Shown here: piece after piece, positions 37,963 to 55,200 of the stretch | How positions within the stretch are numbered: position 1 is the stretch's first letter | Layout of the letters: the number at the start of each line of letters is the position of its first letter | Position numbers and translations under genes: made by a program | The notes under the pieces: generated by a model | The model's database searches: none | What the model was told of the DNA's origin: nothing | Seen by the model: the letters and a program-made list of their open reading frames with translations, nothing else | Source of the DNA: the human T2T-CHM13v2.0 reference genome, Homo sapiens | Assembly: GCF_009914755.1 (NCBI RefSeq) | Contig: NC_060932.1 | DNA: 64,000 nucleotides | Strand: one strand, 5' to 3'

Positions 37963-38804
37963 CTGAAAAGAAAGGGAGGGAATGATATATATCTGTTCAG
38001 GGATCGATCAATATGATGTGACTAAAAAACGACGTTGTCAGAATGCAGAGAAGTAGTTTTTGTATTGCAGAATAATGATGGCTTTCCTGCAACACTGCCA
38101 TTCTCTCATTTGAAGAGGTTTTCTACACTGACATTAAGTAGCAGGACAGGACGGCCAGCAGTGAGAACACAGCCAGCCCAGAGGCAGCACTCTGATTTTA
38201 CTAGAACAGAATTCTTCTGAATTAGACTTATGAGGTTAAATGACAGCAGGACCCTTCGGCAGCTGCTGCCAGGCAAGTGAAACCAGGAAACTGCAAGCAG
38301 AGAGAGCAGCATACAGGCGGCAAGCACACACTAGAACATAACACCCCATTGCTACAGATTAATGGGCAACGGGGACGCAGCACACAGAAACCAGCTCTTC
38401 AAAAGCCAGATGGAGAGACAACTTGTTTTGCTTTTTTTTTTCTTTTGAGGTAACTTTTGTTAGTTTAGTGCTGGTTATAGAGCCCGCCCTAAAAAGCGTA
38501 GTGGCAGTCATGAAAGGAAATTATCCTTTCACCCTCCATCCTAATCTTATCCCCAGATCTGCCCTTTTAAGTCCATCATTAAGGTCATGTAAAAAGGGAG
38601 AAAAGACAGGTTAGCATGTGAGGGAAAAGGCTATCCAAGTTTGGGTAAATTTTAGGAAAACTCCTAAAATTTTTCCATATATTTAAGTCCTACCAATCTG
38701 TCAAGACGCAATTCTCTTCTTCCACTAGGTCTTCCTGATTTGCTCAGATGAAAGAAACCACATCTTCCTCAGAACTCCCAAAGTATTGCATGTGTAACTC
38801 AATT

Positions 38805-39003
38805 TTTAACTTTTTATTTCTTTTTGAGACAGAGTAGCTGGGATTACAGGTGTGCCCTACCATGCCTGGCTAATTTTTGTATTTTTAGTAGAGATGGGTT
38901 TTCACCATGTTGGCCAAGCTGGTCTCAAACTCCCGGCCTCAAGTGATCTGCCTGCCTCAGCCTTCCAAAATGCTGGGATTACACCAAGCCACCAAGCCCG
39001 GTC
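38805..39003 (-). mobile_element. Alu with most of the right arm deleted
   Basis: gagacagagt joined directly to agctgggattacagg. Confidence 0.85.
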
Positions 39004-39300
39004 TGTCTGTGTAACTCTTATGACAGTTCACAATCTACACACAACACCTCAAAGTAGCACTTTATCCTGTGTGACTCCTCTGTCCCCTCCCACCTGTGGC
39101 AGCCAGTACCTAACAAGCCTTGGTGTGCTTCTGTTGAAGGAATGCAGCTTTATTAGCAGCATGTTCTGGGAGAAGTGAGACACCATGGTTCAGAGACAAC
39201 CTGTCACTCACAGGGCCCTCCACCGTGGAGGAGCTAACCCTGGGAAATATACGGTGCACTAAGGAAAAGCAAGTGACTCGGTTAAGAGATGGGTCCTTGA

Positions 39301-41158
<1,858 letters not shown>

Positions 41159-41989
41159 AAGAAAGATGATGTGACATAAGCAGATGAAGAGAGGGAGGGT
41201 GCCATTCTGGCTATGGGTATTTTCCAGCTGAGTAACTTTACAAATAAAACGAGTAATTTAATAAAGCTGCCAGGCAGCATCGGCCCCCGAGGACAGGATG
41301 CCAGCAGAGGTCATAAGCCACTCAGTGCCAGGGTACTGCCATCTGTGTGAACACCATGCCTAATGAACAGCCAACCTATCCCAACCTTCACCCCAAGTTG
41401 TGCACTGCCTTTGCAAGACAGTGTCCTCCTCATGAAGGACCACGTAACTGTTTGCTGGTCCTACTCTCCACTACCTCCCCTAGCATCATTTTTAAACAAA
41501 TAAGGAAATTAAGACAGGGTAGCACAGTGATAGATCCAGAAGAAAACAATGTGAATCACACTGAAGCAACAATAAAGCTAAAAATCATCACCACCAGTCC
41601 TCATGTGTACAGAAACTGGGTGAGAAAACTTGAAATTTCTCTTTAAGAACCAGCCCACAGAGTCTAGAATTATAAAAAATAAAAAATTATTCTGTTGGTA
41701 TATATCAAGAGTGTATGCTTACATAAAACATTTTTCCTCTGAGAAATTTAACATCCAAACCACATTTATATACAGGTAATTCTTGACCAACACAGGGGTC
41801 AGGGGTGCTGACCCACTGTACAGTTGAAAATAACTTTTGACTCCCCCAAAACTTAACTACTAATAGCCTGTTGACTAGAAGCCTTCCTGAATAACATATT
41901 TAACACATACTTTGCATATATACTATATATGGTATTCTTACAATAAAATAAGCTAGAGAAAAGAAAACGTTATTAAGAAAATGATAAGG

Positions 41990-42281
41990 AGCCAGATGTG
42001 GTGGCTCATGCCTGTAATCCTAGCACTTTAGGGGGCTGAGGTGGGAGGACTGCTTGAGGCCAGGAGTTTGAGACCAGCCTGGTCAACATAGTGAGACCAT
42101 GTCTCTACAAAAAATGTTTCAACAATTAGCCAGGCATGGTGTTGCACACATGTAGTCCCAGCTACTCGGAGGCTGAGACAGGAGGATCACTTCAGCCCAG
42201 GAGGTCGAGGCTGGAGTGAATTATGGTTATGCCATCACACTTCACGCTGGGCAATAAAGTGAGACCCCATCTCAAAAAAAA
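41990..42281 (+). mobile_element. Alu (J) inside Tigger2
   Basis: Dimer, TSD aaaat(g/c)ataagga. Confidence 0.92.
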
Positions 42282-44448
42282 TCATAAGGAAAAGTAAATG
42301 TACTTTAGTGATAGTAAAATACATTTCCTATCCATTAAGTGGAAGTGAATCATCATAGAGGTCTTTATTTTTGTCATCTTCACATTAAACAGACTGAGGA
42401 GGAGGAAGACGAGGGGTTGGTCTTGTTGTCTTGGGTGGCAGAGGGGAAGAAGTGTAGGAGGTAGAAGGCAAGGCAGGAGAAGCAGGCACACTCAGAGTGC
42501 TTACAGATATATGTTGTAATTTGTTGGATGTTTTCACGTTTTCATTTCTCTAAAAATGTTTCTATATGGTATCAATCCTTCTTCCACCATTTTAGTTTCT
42601 GTGCCCACATCACAGAAGGATCCAAGTTGTGAAAGAAATCAAAAGCAGTCCTGAATAATCAGAACCCTTCTGCCAGACTGTCTAATGTCAATTTGTTTTC
42701 CAGCACTGCTTCTTCTATGTCTCCTTCTTCATCATCTGGCACAGGTTCAGAAGCACTCATCTTGGTCGGGTCATCTTCTGTTAACTCCTCTGGTGTGTTA
42801 ATAGGCTCCTGAATTTCTCCAAGCTCCATATCTTGAAACGTTTCACCTCCCACTTTTTTTTTTTGTCACATCCACAATCTCTTTCCTAATTTCCTTGACT
42901 GGTTCTGTTCTAAATCCTGTGAAGTACAACACCTGGACACAGTTTTGTTTAGCAGGAATTTATTTATTGTTTCAGGCTTCATGGCTCTTTCTGTAACAAT
43001 GATGGCAGGTTCAATGGTGTAATCCTTCCAGATTTTCATGATGTTCTATTGGGGTCCCCTTCGACAGAGTTGACAGTCCTTTCCATAGAGTACTGTGTGT
43101 GATGAGGCTCAAAGGTTCTTATGACCTCCTGATCTAGAGGCTGAATTAGTGATGGTGTGTTTATGGCATTAGACCACTCTGACACCTTTGGAGGTGAACT
43201 CATGGGATTATGGGTGGCCAAGTGCATTGTCCAATACTGAAAGAACTTTAAGATGCAGTCCCTTAGTGGCAAGGTACTTCTCGACTTCAGGGACAAAGCA
43301 TCAATGGAATCCTGACAAGCGGTTCTCACCGTCCAGGTCTTTTTGTTGTACAAGCCAAAGACTGGCAACTGCTGTTTATCTTTTTTCTTCAAGGATCAGG
43401 GGTTGGCCACTTTATAGGTAAAGGCAGTCCTGATAAAAAAAACCCGAGTGCATTTGCACAAAACAGTAGAGTTAGCCTATCCCTTCCTCCTTTAAGTGTT
43501 AGAACTCACTTCTCTTCCTAATAAATGTTTCTTGTGACATTTTCTGCCAGAATAGGACACTTTCATCTGCATTAAAAACCTGTTCAGGCAGATAGTCTTT
43601 CTCCTCAATGATTTTCTTAATGGCATCTAGGAATTTGTCTGCTGTCTCTTGGCTGGAGGAAGCTGCTTTTCCTGTTATCTTGACATTTTTTTAAGCTTTC
43701 CTTTTGCTTTGTCATATAGTGATTTCACTTTTTCTTGAATCACATCAGAGTCTACAGGTATGCCTTTCTTATAGTAGACTTGCACCCACATAAAGCTGCA
43801 TTTCTAATACAAGGTAAAAATGTATTTCACAAGAAGTACAAGTTTTCATGCCTGCTGGTGTAGCTACAGTGACAGCTTCATGTATTTTCTCTTGCTTTTC
43901 TTTTCTTCTTCCTTTTTCTTTTTTTTTTTTTAAACAATGGTCCTTTTTTTACAATGGTCCTTATGCTGGATTCATTTGTCTTGAAATGGCGGGCAATATC
44001 AGCTGCAGGTTTCAATCTACATATCAGGCACTTCAACTTTTCCTTGTAATGTCATGACTTTTCTTTGCTTCTTGGGAGCACTTCAAGCACCACCAGTGGC
44101 ACTTCGTATGGGTCCCATGGTTATTCAAGGTTTATGGTACTGCATGAAGCACGACGCAAGATCCATGAGAACTGCGAGAGATCACTCTTTACTGCAATAT
44201 GCAATTTACAGAGAGGGGAACTGCTCACATGGAGATGACTGGCATCACATGGTGTTTTAAGCGGATACTTGAGCTCCCCACAACAGCAACAGGAGGTGGC
44301 TATGAAGTTATATACTGTACTACAGTTTTATGCCTATGATTAAATACTGAATCTTAATGCTTGTTTACGTTTCTTTTGAGTGCAAATCGTTGTCACGTAT
44401 GGTCTGTAAATGTTGATGTGCATAGTTTTGATAAATTTTAACTTTTTT

Positions 44449-45042
<594 letters not shown>

Positions 45043-46949
45043 TTATGGTGGTAAATGAGAAAATAGACTAGTTTCTATATATATTTTATGCATTCATGAC
45101 ATGCCTAACGTTTTCTTAAGTTTTTTGCTATTTCTAGACTATGCAGTTCATCTGCAAGTTTTTTCAAATTGTCATAATGAAAAACTCCACATGTAAGTGG
45201 ACTTTCCCAGTTCAAACTCATATTGTTCAAGGGTCAACTGTACTCACATATTTACTTACATATGTTCACTTAATGGAATCCAATAAAGATTACTCTATCT
45301 TTAAAACTGCTGTATACAAACACTTGGGGTTCTACAGACCATAAATTCAATCAAAACAACCCTCATTTACTGGTTGCGTACTGTACTGGGATACAAAGAT
45401 ATTTAAGCTATTTGTACTAGTTTGTAAATTTCATGAGGATTGGGACTAAGGCTGCATGGCTCACCCAGAAGTCAGTGAAGACTGGGCTATAATAAGTGCC
45501 TCTCTCCTGCTTCCATTACTCTCCCATTTTTTTCCAATCATACAAGACCTGGCTCTACTTTAAAACAGTGACTATTACTAATTTGTGCCCTAACATCTTG
45601 CCTGAAAAAATGTATATGGCTCTAGAACCCTAAATATATCAATAATCCTTTAGCTTGGCAAAAATGAACTGTGGAATGGTAACTGTCTAATTTAAAAGCT
45701 GAGTACCCTATAGAGCAAGTCAGAAAGCCATCGGGACAGCAATTCATAAATTCTACAGTGGTGTCCATAAATGGAAGGTTGCAGTAGTTGGCGTGACACG
45801 TGGTCAACTGAAAACAAATGTAGCACCTAGGATTAGGAATCTTCAAACAGATGGGGAATCACCCTACCAATTCCTAAGTCACAAATAAGGATGACAAAAT
45901 GACTTTGGTTAACGGTGAGAGGGAGAGCTCTGGATTCTTGGATTCTTTCAGCTTTACGCTTACTACTCAATCTCAAACTTTCTCCCTTATCTGACACCTT
46001 CAATTACCACATTTGTCTGTGTTTCTTTTTCTATTTGCTCTGGTACCCTCAAAGACACATACACATACTTCTAAGAGAGATAAAAATGTTGATCTACAGG
46101 ATATTAAACAAAGTGTAGAAATGGAAAGAGAAGGAAGAAGAGAAAACAAAAATCAGAGAAACTGCACTCCAAATTCTTTTTCTCTTTGGTCCTGAATTTG
46201 TGGAACTATTTTCTACAGGCACTGCGATCCACTGGGCATGAGGAAAAAAGAGGATGGCAGCTTCTCATGAACCTGGGAGCAGCTCCGGCTTTCCACATTT
46301 CACATGTCTGTTAAGAACCGCACCTAGGCTACTCTGGGTATTAGGCCTCTCAGCTGAGATTAGCTGCCTTGAAAACAAATGGAAACTGATCTTAGTTTCC
46401 TTTGAAAGGATGAAACTGGCCCCACACCCTAACAGCAAGTCTCACTGTGATAATAATATGTAAGTGATTGTCTTCTATGACTCAGTTCAGAATCTATGAA
46501 TTTCAAACAATATTCAATATGGTATTTCAAGTCAGCAAGAATTTTTACAGTTTACTGGCATTGGCTAAATAATAGCAATTGTCAATTACCCACCATAAAG
46601 CAAGACCAGGACACATAAGGCTAACCTAAGCACACAGGCATCAGAATCACAAAACTAAAAGGCTTGAGTTAGTTCCTTACCTTGCTCAAAACTATGCCCT
46701 ACTAGGAGTATTAGTGGGGATTACAGAAAGAACCGGAAATAGGAAGAAGAGAGTGACGTAAATGATTTACAAACAATATAAAAAGCTGCTAAATGATGAC
46801 ATTTTGGCTGTGTAACAATGTGCCTGGAATAACAGATTCATTTAAACTTGAAAACAGGAAGCTAAGCCTCTTAAAATTATTTCTTGACTTCATTTTGAGC
46901 AATTACATAATAAGGTTTGTTTCTACAATAAGATTCACCTTAATCTTAC

Positions 46950-47012
46950 CTCTGGTAAACAGAATTCCGGCACAGAATCCACAAATACATGACCCGAGCA
47001 CTCCTTTAGCTC
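46950..47012 (-). CDS. INTS9: INTS9 exon 4 (63 bp, phase 0-0)
   Basis: tcttttag / GAG|gtaaga; encodes ELKECSGHVFVDSVPEFCLPE. Confidence 0.96.
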
Positions 47013-47300
47013 CTAAAAGAAATGAAAAGGAAAAATACAAGGAAGAGATATCCAGTAGATACAGGACCAAAGAAATAAACTCCCCAAACAAAACTTTTCA
47101 TGAAGAATCATAGACTACTAGAGCTGGAGGGAAGCTGGGAGGTTATTAGGCCGACTGTCCTATGTTTAGGCTTAGGCAGGCCAAGTGTCTTATTAAGGGT
47201 AAAATGCTGTTTGGTTGCAGACTCAGGACTTGAAGGCACATTTTTTGATACCTCTTCAAGAAAGCCATGCATGGGTATGTGCTGCTCCCATAACCCACAA

Positions 47301-47497
47301 TCCAGTGGTTTCCAAATAAGGTATGCAAACTGTACTAGCAACACCAGAATTATGTGGGGACATGGATTACATAAAAGATCCCTGGCCCTATCTAAGACTG
47401 AAGGGATCAGAAACTGGGGATGAGGCCATGGAATATGTATTTATAACAAGCACCTCCAGTGATCCTGTTATGCTGTCAGGTTAGGAGTCACAACCCT
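47301..47497. mobile_element. MER5A-like MITE
   Basis: cagtggtttccaaa start, tttataacaagcacctccagtgat core. Confidence 0.55.
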
Positions 47498-47598
47498 ACA
47501 TAAACTGTTTAGAAGCTTTTTCTTCACCTACCAAGGGTTGGGAGGAAAGGGGGATGTAAGGAGGGAGAGTTAAGAGCCTGAAACAGGGATTCAACATC

Positions 47599-47742
47599 TA
47601 CCACCACCACTACCACCATCACCACCTCCTCCACTACCACGACTACCACCACTACCTCCACCACCACCACCACCACTACCACCTCCACCTCCACCACAAC
47701 CACCACTACTACCACCTCCACCAAAACCACCACTGCCACCAC
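47599..47742. repeat. Imperfect (CCA/CTA)n trinucleotide tract
   Basis: accaccaccactaccaccatcacc...; produces the spurious poly-Val ORF. Confidence 0.92.
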
Positions 47743-47894
47743 GAATGTAATGTTTTTCCGTGCAGAACATACCATTTATTTAGCATTATAAACCAAATGT
47801 ATTTATTCAAAAGAAATAAGCATATGTATAAAGAAATAGATATAGTCCAACTTCTCACCCCACCCATGACTCACCAAATTTAATAAACCTGTCT

Positions 47895-48272
47895 TTCCCC
47901 CACAGGCTGACCCTGAGAAAAGAGTTTGAGAGAAGGTAGTTTATATGGGAGGTGCTGAGAAAACAGAACGGAGAAGTGATCAGTGCAAAGGAAGGTGACA
48001 GATAATGGCACTGAGCCACATACAACTTGGGGCAACTGGAACTTATCCCCATGGGGAAACTCAGAAATGGTCTAACACAGACAGCTCTGAGTTATCCCAC
48101 TGAGGAGCAATGGGGCTGAAATGTTTATATACCAACTGCTGCATTTTGTGCAGCCTCAGGAAAAAACTCTCAGGCAAAGCCATACAGATACCGGCAGCTG
48201 GAATTATGACAGAGGACAGTGAAACAGCAAAGTCTGAGAGATATGGGTGGGCTACCAATAGGGTCTGCTACG
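47895..48272 (-). mobile_element. ERVL LTR (LTR33/LTR16-like)
   Basis: gaccctgagaaaagagtttgagagaaggtagtttatatgggaggtg motif. Confidence 0.5.
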
Positions 48273-50415
48273 ATGCCTCCTGAAGGCCACTAATGCTTTC
48301 TCCTCTCACTGACTTTAAACTGAAGTCCACAGTGAATTTTTTGCACCATTAAGGTTAAAGCTACCTATGACTTTACACTGAAACCAGTAAAAGACAGAAT
48401 GTGATTGAGTTTCCTTTGCTCTTTCCAGAAAGGGAAAGATACTGTTGTAATTTTTTTCTATTATGTTTCCATTAGTCACTCAACATATATTGTACATATC
48501 CATATATACATGTATCTATATTTACACATCAGAGTCTGAATGATTTTACTCTCAATCTTTATCTGAAAATAGGGCATTGACTACATAGTACTGGTCCTTT
48601 TGAATTTTATAAGTCTCATATCAGAACCTTGATAGACAATTGCCTCCCCTTGCCTTCCACTGTACACTCTGGTTTCTCTCCTTAGATGAGTACCATTTAA
48701 CTAGCGACAGGTGGAGCTGAAAGGAGACTGAACACAGTTCTTAATTACAATGTACCTGCCAGCTAAAAACAAATGAGCAATTATGTTTAATGGGAGAAGA
48801 CTCCCCACTCCCTTAGGATGAGGTTAAAAATGATTAAAGACAAATCATGGGAAATTTCAAAGCTTTGCCTGGTCTTAAATGGGCTATGTAATCTTCTTCC
48901 CCATAATGCTACATTTCAGGACAGGGCTATGATGAAGTCTCCTCACAGGCTCTCATCCTTCCCGGCCTGCAGAAGCATATTTGCCATTCCAAACACTTAC
49001 AATGTCACTGTATTTTATTCACCACTCCCTTCTAATGAAATACTCCCACATACACATGCAAGTCATTTCGCTCACAATGCGCTGGTAATGGGATGCTTCG
49101 GAGCCTTCTGCAGGGAACAATGATTTATAGCCAGCAGGAGACTCAGGCTGAAATCAGGTGCACAGGTTTCTGAATGTCACATAATTTTACAGTCAGCTCT
49201 GAAGAAAATCTGGTGTCAAATTATGCATTTGGCTTGTACTTGAGGCTAGGGTGCAGTTACAGGAATTAATTCTGTAAAAAGGGCACCTCTTTATTTAACA
49301 GTATCTATTACAAGAGAAAATGCCTTATTTAGATGAATCATGTTAAGCATCTTTAAACTCTTTAGTTTTTCAAATGTGAAACTTAGGAAAGGAAGAATGA
49401 TTTAGGGGACTAAGAATTGGCCTGAGGGGGCTTTACAGTCTTTAACCTTCTTATACCTCTGATTTTAGTACGAAGTTTGACTAGCTTATAGTTGTAACAT
49501 TTTTGGTAGCTTTAGTCTTTCATTTATTAAGTTAACTGTCTAACTATTGATCCGAGGAAGGAATTACTGAGAAGATAACCTAATGTCAAAAATTTAATAG
49601 CCTCAAAGAGAAAGAAGTAATTTAAGCCATTTATTTTAGGTGTAGTCAGTCATTAAAGTCATAATAAGACTCCAAATCCCAGAGTCCTAGAACTGTTTTT
49701 TTTTTTTAATCATCTATAAAGATTGTCCATTCTAGGCTATCAGGACAGGTTGAAACGGGATCACAGATCATAGTGTCGGAGACCCACTACTCAAATTTAC
49801 CTAAGAGTACTGTCCCCTGCACAAGAAGGCACTGCTGGGGAAGTCAAACACTCTGCTCCTGGACCGTTCCCCACACAGTGGCCAGAGTGATCCGATCTGA
49901 CAATGCCACTGTCCTTCTGTAACCTTCTGTGGCCTCTCATTACCCAAAAAAGACCCAAGCTTTTTACAAAGCCCTACCTGATCTGACCCTTGATAGAAGC
50001 AGTTTAAAACTCACCTGCTTGAGGATTTTAAAAGTTATTCAAAAAAAGGTTTTACTCTTTGCAATCACAAAATGAACTGGATTGAATTCTTTAAAAAGCC
50101 TTGTCTTTGAAACACTCATTGCAATTCTAGAAATAATAGTTGTCTTTCTGTGGTGATAAAAGGTATTTGCAGCAGAAGTACTTAGATTTCTACACATGAG
50201 CAAAATGGATCTGAATCAGAACAATGACATTCTCTAAAAACATGCTTAAAAACAGTAGTTACCATGTTCTGAAGACCCTAGCATAGATCTTGGGGATTTT
50301 CAGAGAGGAAAAAAAAAAAAAGCCATCAGTCACACTACTACAGGGTGGCTCTGGTATGAGAAGATAGCTTTCCACTGGCTGTAGATAGGCTTTAGTTTGT
50401 AGTCTTAGATATTAC

Positions 50416-50476
50416 CTTGTCCAAGAAAGCATTTCCATCCTTCAGGGACCAGCCAGGAAGATTGGACAGCCTGGGA
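50416..50476 (-). CDS. INTS9: INTS9 exon 3 (61 bp)
   Basis: ttttgcag / AAG|gtaata; encodes (S)[20 protein letters not shown], in phase with exon 2. Confidence 0.96.
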
Positions 50477-50789
50477 CTGCAAAACAAAAGATTAAGATTA
50501 AATTAACCTAAATAGATTATAATCCTCAATGACTTCATGGTAACTTACTGTCTCCATAAAGTTAAGAACAGTTTAAAATTACTGGCAGTAGTTCTTACCC
50601 TAAATTCCAATAAAAAATAAGAGAAATAACCATGTTGTATCAAGCTTAAAAATTATGTGGCAATAGGATATTAAAAGGTCAAATAGTTTAGTGGAAAATT
50701 GGAAAAACTAAAAGAATCCTATGCAAAATAATAAAGAAAAAAGAAAGATGAGACATGAAAGCCTTTTATAATTGTCCAATCACCCTGTC

Positions 50790-50970
50790 TTCTTTCCCAT
50801 GTGTTTGACAACAGTCCTTAGGACAGGGCAGAATAGGCATCATCTTATTGCAGATGAAAAAACAGATGCAGAGAGGATAGGAGCTCTGATGAGAACACTG
50901 CCCTGCTATCTTCCCATCAGCATTCACAACAAACACGAATACCCGAATTCCAGTCCAATCCACGCTTTGG
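50790..50970 (-). mobile_element. MIR fragment
   Basis: catcttattgcagatgaaaaaacagatgcagagagg. Confidence 0.55.
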
Positions 50971-51563
50971 GTTCACAGCTTTACAAGTGGATTAGTCACC
51001 TGTCACCTGTGACTTGAGTTTCCAATTCTGGAGAATGAAGCTAGTTTTCCCAAGTGTTACAAAATGACACCATGTCTAAAGTGAACAGCTTCTAGCAGAT
51101 GAGGTCAATTTCATGTATATGTTACATTTTAAAAATCTGAATTAAAAAATCATTTGCTACTAGTAATCTCAAGATTTAACTGTGTTCTACTAGTTGACCA
51201 GAAGAAATATAATGCAAGCTGAAAGTGCCAATAACTCAGGAGGGAAAACAGTATGCTGGTAAAAGTAAAAGCTTAATGAAGAAGGCAATGTGTGAAGAAA
51301 AAGCCAACAGGATTCCAAGTTGGATGGTAAAAGGATTTCAGCACTCACTACAAAATTAACTTCTGTGATGCAAAAGTTAAGGGCAAAGTAAGGGTGCGGG
51401 ACTAAAAGAATCAGAAACCAAGTATCTCTAAGGTCCCTCTTCCTCTTCCCAAAATAATTTGATCAGATGCTAAGTCTGTAATTAGATGATAGGTATGAAA
51501 GTCAACACAAAAGCATACATATGTGAATATCTGTCAATCTTTTAGAAATGGTGAAAAACCTGA

Positions 51564-51940
<377 letters not shown>

Positions 51941-51962
51941 GGGGTGGGGGGTAAGTTTTAAT

Positions 51963-51985
51963 TATTAGGTTGGTGCAAATAATTC
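51963..51985. mobile_element. Hsmar1/MADE1 solo TIR fragment
   Basis: tattaggttggtgcaaa-taatt resembles the Hsmar1 TIR TATTAGGTTGGTGCAAAAGTAATTG. Confidence 0.5.
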
Positions 51986-52099
51986 TGACATTAATTCCAA
52001 ACTTACAGAAAAGTTGCAAGGATGTGAATACAATGGACTCCCACATACCCTTTATCTAGATTAACTGTTTACATTTTGCCTTTATTTATCCAAAAGTGA

Positions 52100-52440
<341 letters not shown>

Positions 52441-53242
52441 GAAAATCACTACTGAGAGAATCAAATTTGACTGGTATAAATCACACCTGATAAACTCTTT
52501 TTTTTTTTTTTAAACTCTGGGAGTTTTTAAAAAAGTTTTTAAAATAAACTCTGGGAGTTTTCTGCTGTAACTTTTCAGAAAAATATGCTATTACCATTAG
52601 TTGTTTTAATTCCCGTCTCATTTCATAGTCATATATTTTGAAGACTTCTCACTTCTTGAAAAATATATTTGCTATCAGATCAGATTAAGAAAGCAAGCAT
52701 TCCAATAAAAGTGTAATGACAAGACAATGTGGACACTGTTCTTATTTCATGCATGTTAACTCTCTAAAACAAGGTTGTAACTATCTACTTCCCTTTACAA
52801 AGAGAACTGGATCAAAGGACACACACTCTGTCCGTTCCCCATCAGACCCACACAAATCAGATGACAGATGCAGTTAGTTGTCCTCAACAAATGTTTAGAA
52901 ATAGTAAGTTGCTTATGAGAATATAACTAATTTTTTAAAAAGCAAAATTTTGAGGTGTTGTGGTTTAAACTCCTGGAAAACATTCTTTAATAACATCAAG
53001 GCCACCTATTATACCTGGGTGGTTACTTTGGGTTAGAGCCACTGCTAGTAGATGAGACTGAATGCTCAAAGGAAATCATGACCACATTGTGACAACAGTG
53101 CCAATGACAAAGGGATGCAAATACATCACCACATGGCAAAGACATGCTGACTATAGAGATGAAAATATTTGCTTACTGTGTTCCAATGAGTTATCAAATA
53201 AACCATAAAGAGTAAATTTTAAGAAACCAAAGGGGAAGGGAC

Positions 53243-53905
<663 letters not shown>

Positions 53906-53969
53906 CCTAAGACAAGTAATCTATTGCCTAGGAAAATACTGAAGAGAAGATTGAACATTATACGTAATT

Positions 53970-54385
53970 TCTTTTTTTTTTTGTTTTGTTTTGAGGCGGA
54001 GTCCCACCTCCTGGGTTTGCACCATTCTTCTGCCTCAGCCTCCCGAGTAGCTGGGACTACAGGTGCCTGCCACCACGCTCGGCTAATTTTTTGTATTTTT
54101 AGTTAGAGACAGTGTTTCACTGCGTTAACCAGGATGGTCTCGATCTCCTGACCTCGTGATCTGCCCGCGCCTCAGCCTCCCAAAGTGCTGGGATTACAGG
54201 CGTAAGCCACCGTGCCTGGCCCACAATTTCTTTTTTATTTTTATTAGAGACAGAGTCTTACTCTGTCACCCAAGCTGGAAAGCACTTGTGTGATCACAGT
54301 CCACCACAGACTCGAACTCCTGGGCTCAAGTCTCAGCCTTCCGAGCAGCTGGGACTACAGGTACATACCACCATATCCAGGTATG
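53970..54385 (-). mobile_element. Internally deleted AluY-like element (53970-54222) followed by a partial Alu monomer
   Basis: Antisense Alu motifs. Confidence 0.85.
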
Positions 54386-55050
54386 AAATGTGTTACTTTT
54401 ATAATCAGAAAATAATAGTGAAAGAGGCATGAGTCCATTCATTCATTTATTCAAAAAATATTAACAAGCTTAATACTCAGTGCAAACTGTTGGAATGATA
54501 GTAAATAAACAATCCTTTCCTTTCAAGAGTTTGCAATCTAGTATAGGGAGAGAGTCATTACACCAGAATAAAATAAGAGCTCTGACAGGGGTACGCAGGA
54601 GGTGCCATGGGTTCACACAGAAAGGGCACTTTTGACAGTTTGCAGTGAGGTGGTAGAGCAGAAAACAGGAGTTAGGAAGTGAAGGTAGAGGAGATCTTTC
54701 AAGAAGAAGGAAACAGGGAAGAGCCTCATCACAAGGTGCAGTGTTGCAGGCAAGTGAGGTGTTCATATTTTCACTCACTGAATCTTTATTCGCGTGTCAC
54801 TTTAGGAGTCTTTATTTGCATGTCAAGATGCTGGTGATAGGACTAGGTGCCAGCGATAGGACTGTGAGCAAAACACTCCCTCCTCCTGAGGAAGCAGGCA
54901 AGGCACACAAATCCAGTCAGCATGCAAATTGATGGGGACAAGTGGAGGCAGCATCAAAAGATTTCCCTGGGGACATGAGGACTGAGTTGAGATCTGCACA
55001 GGAGCAGAGTCAAGGGGAAACTGAGGGCAGGGCCTGAAGGAATAGAGAAA

Positions 55051-55200
55051 GTTTAGCTCCCACTTACAGGTGAGAACATACAGAATTTGGTTTTCTGTTC
55101 TTGTGTTGATTCACCAAGAATAATGGCCTCCAGCTGCATCCATGTCACTACAAAGGGCATGATTTTGTTCCTTTTTCTGGCTGTGTAGTATTCCATGGTG
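55051..55200 (-). mobile_element. 150-bp L1PB-like 3' fragment, probably copied from 57138-57288
   Basis: Shares caccaagaataatgg and gtcact.caaagggcatg with the nearby copy. Confidence 0.75.

Noticed and set aside
47524-47775. Poly-Val 83-aa ORF
   Set aside because: Translation of a (CCA)n microsatellite
48700-48720. CTCF-like motif gcgacaggtggagctg (also a partial match near 33908)
   Set aside because: Mismatches at conserved core positions
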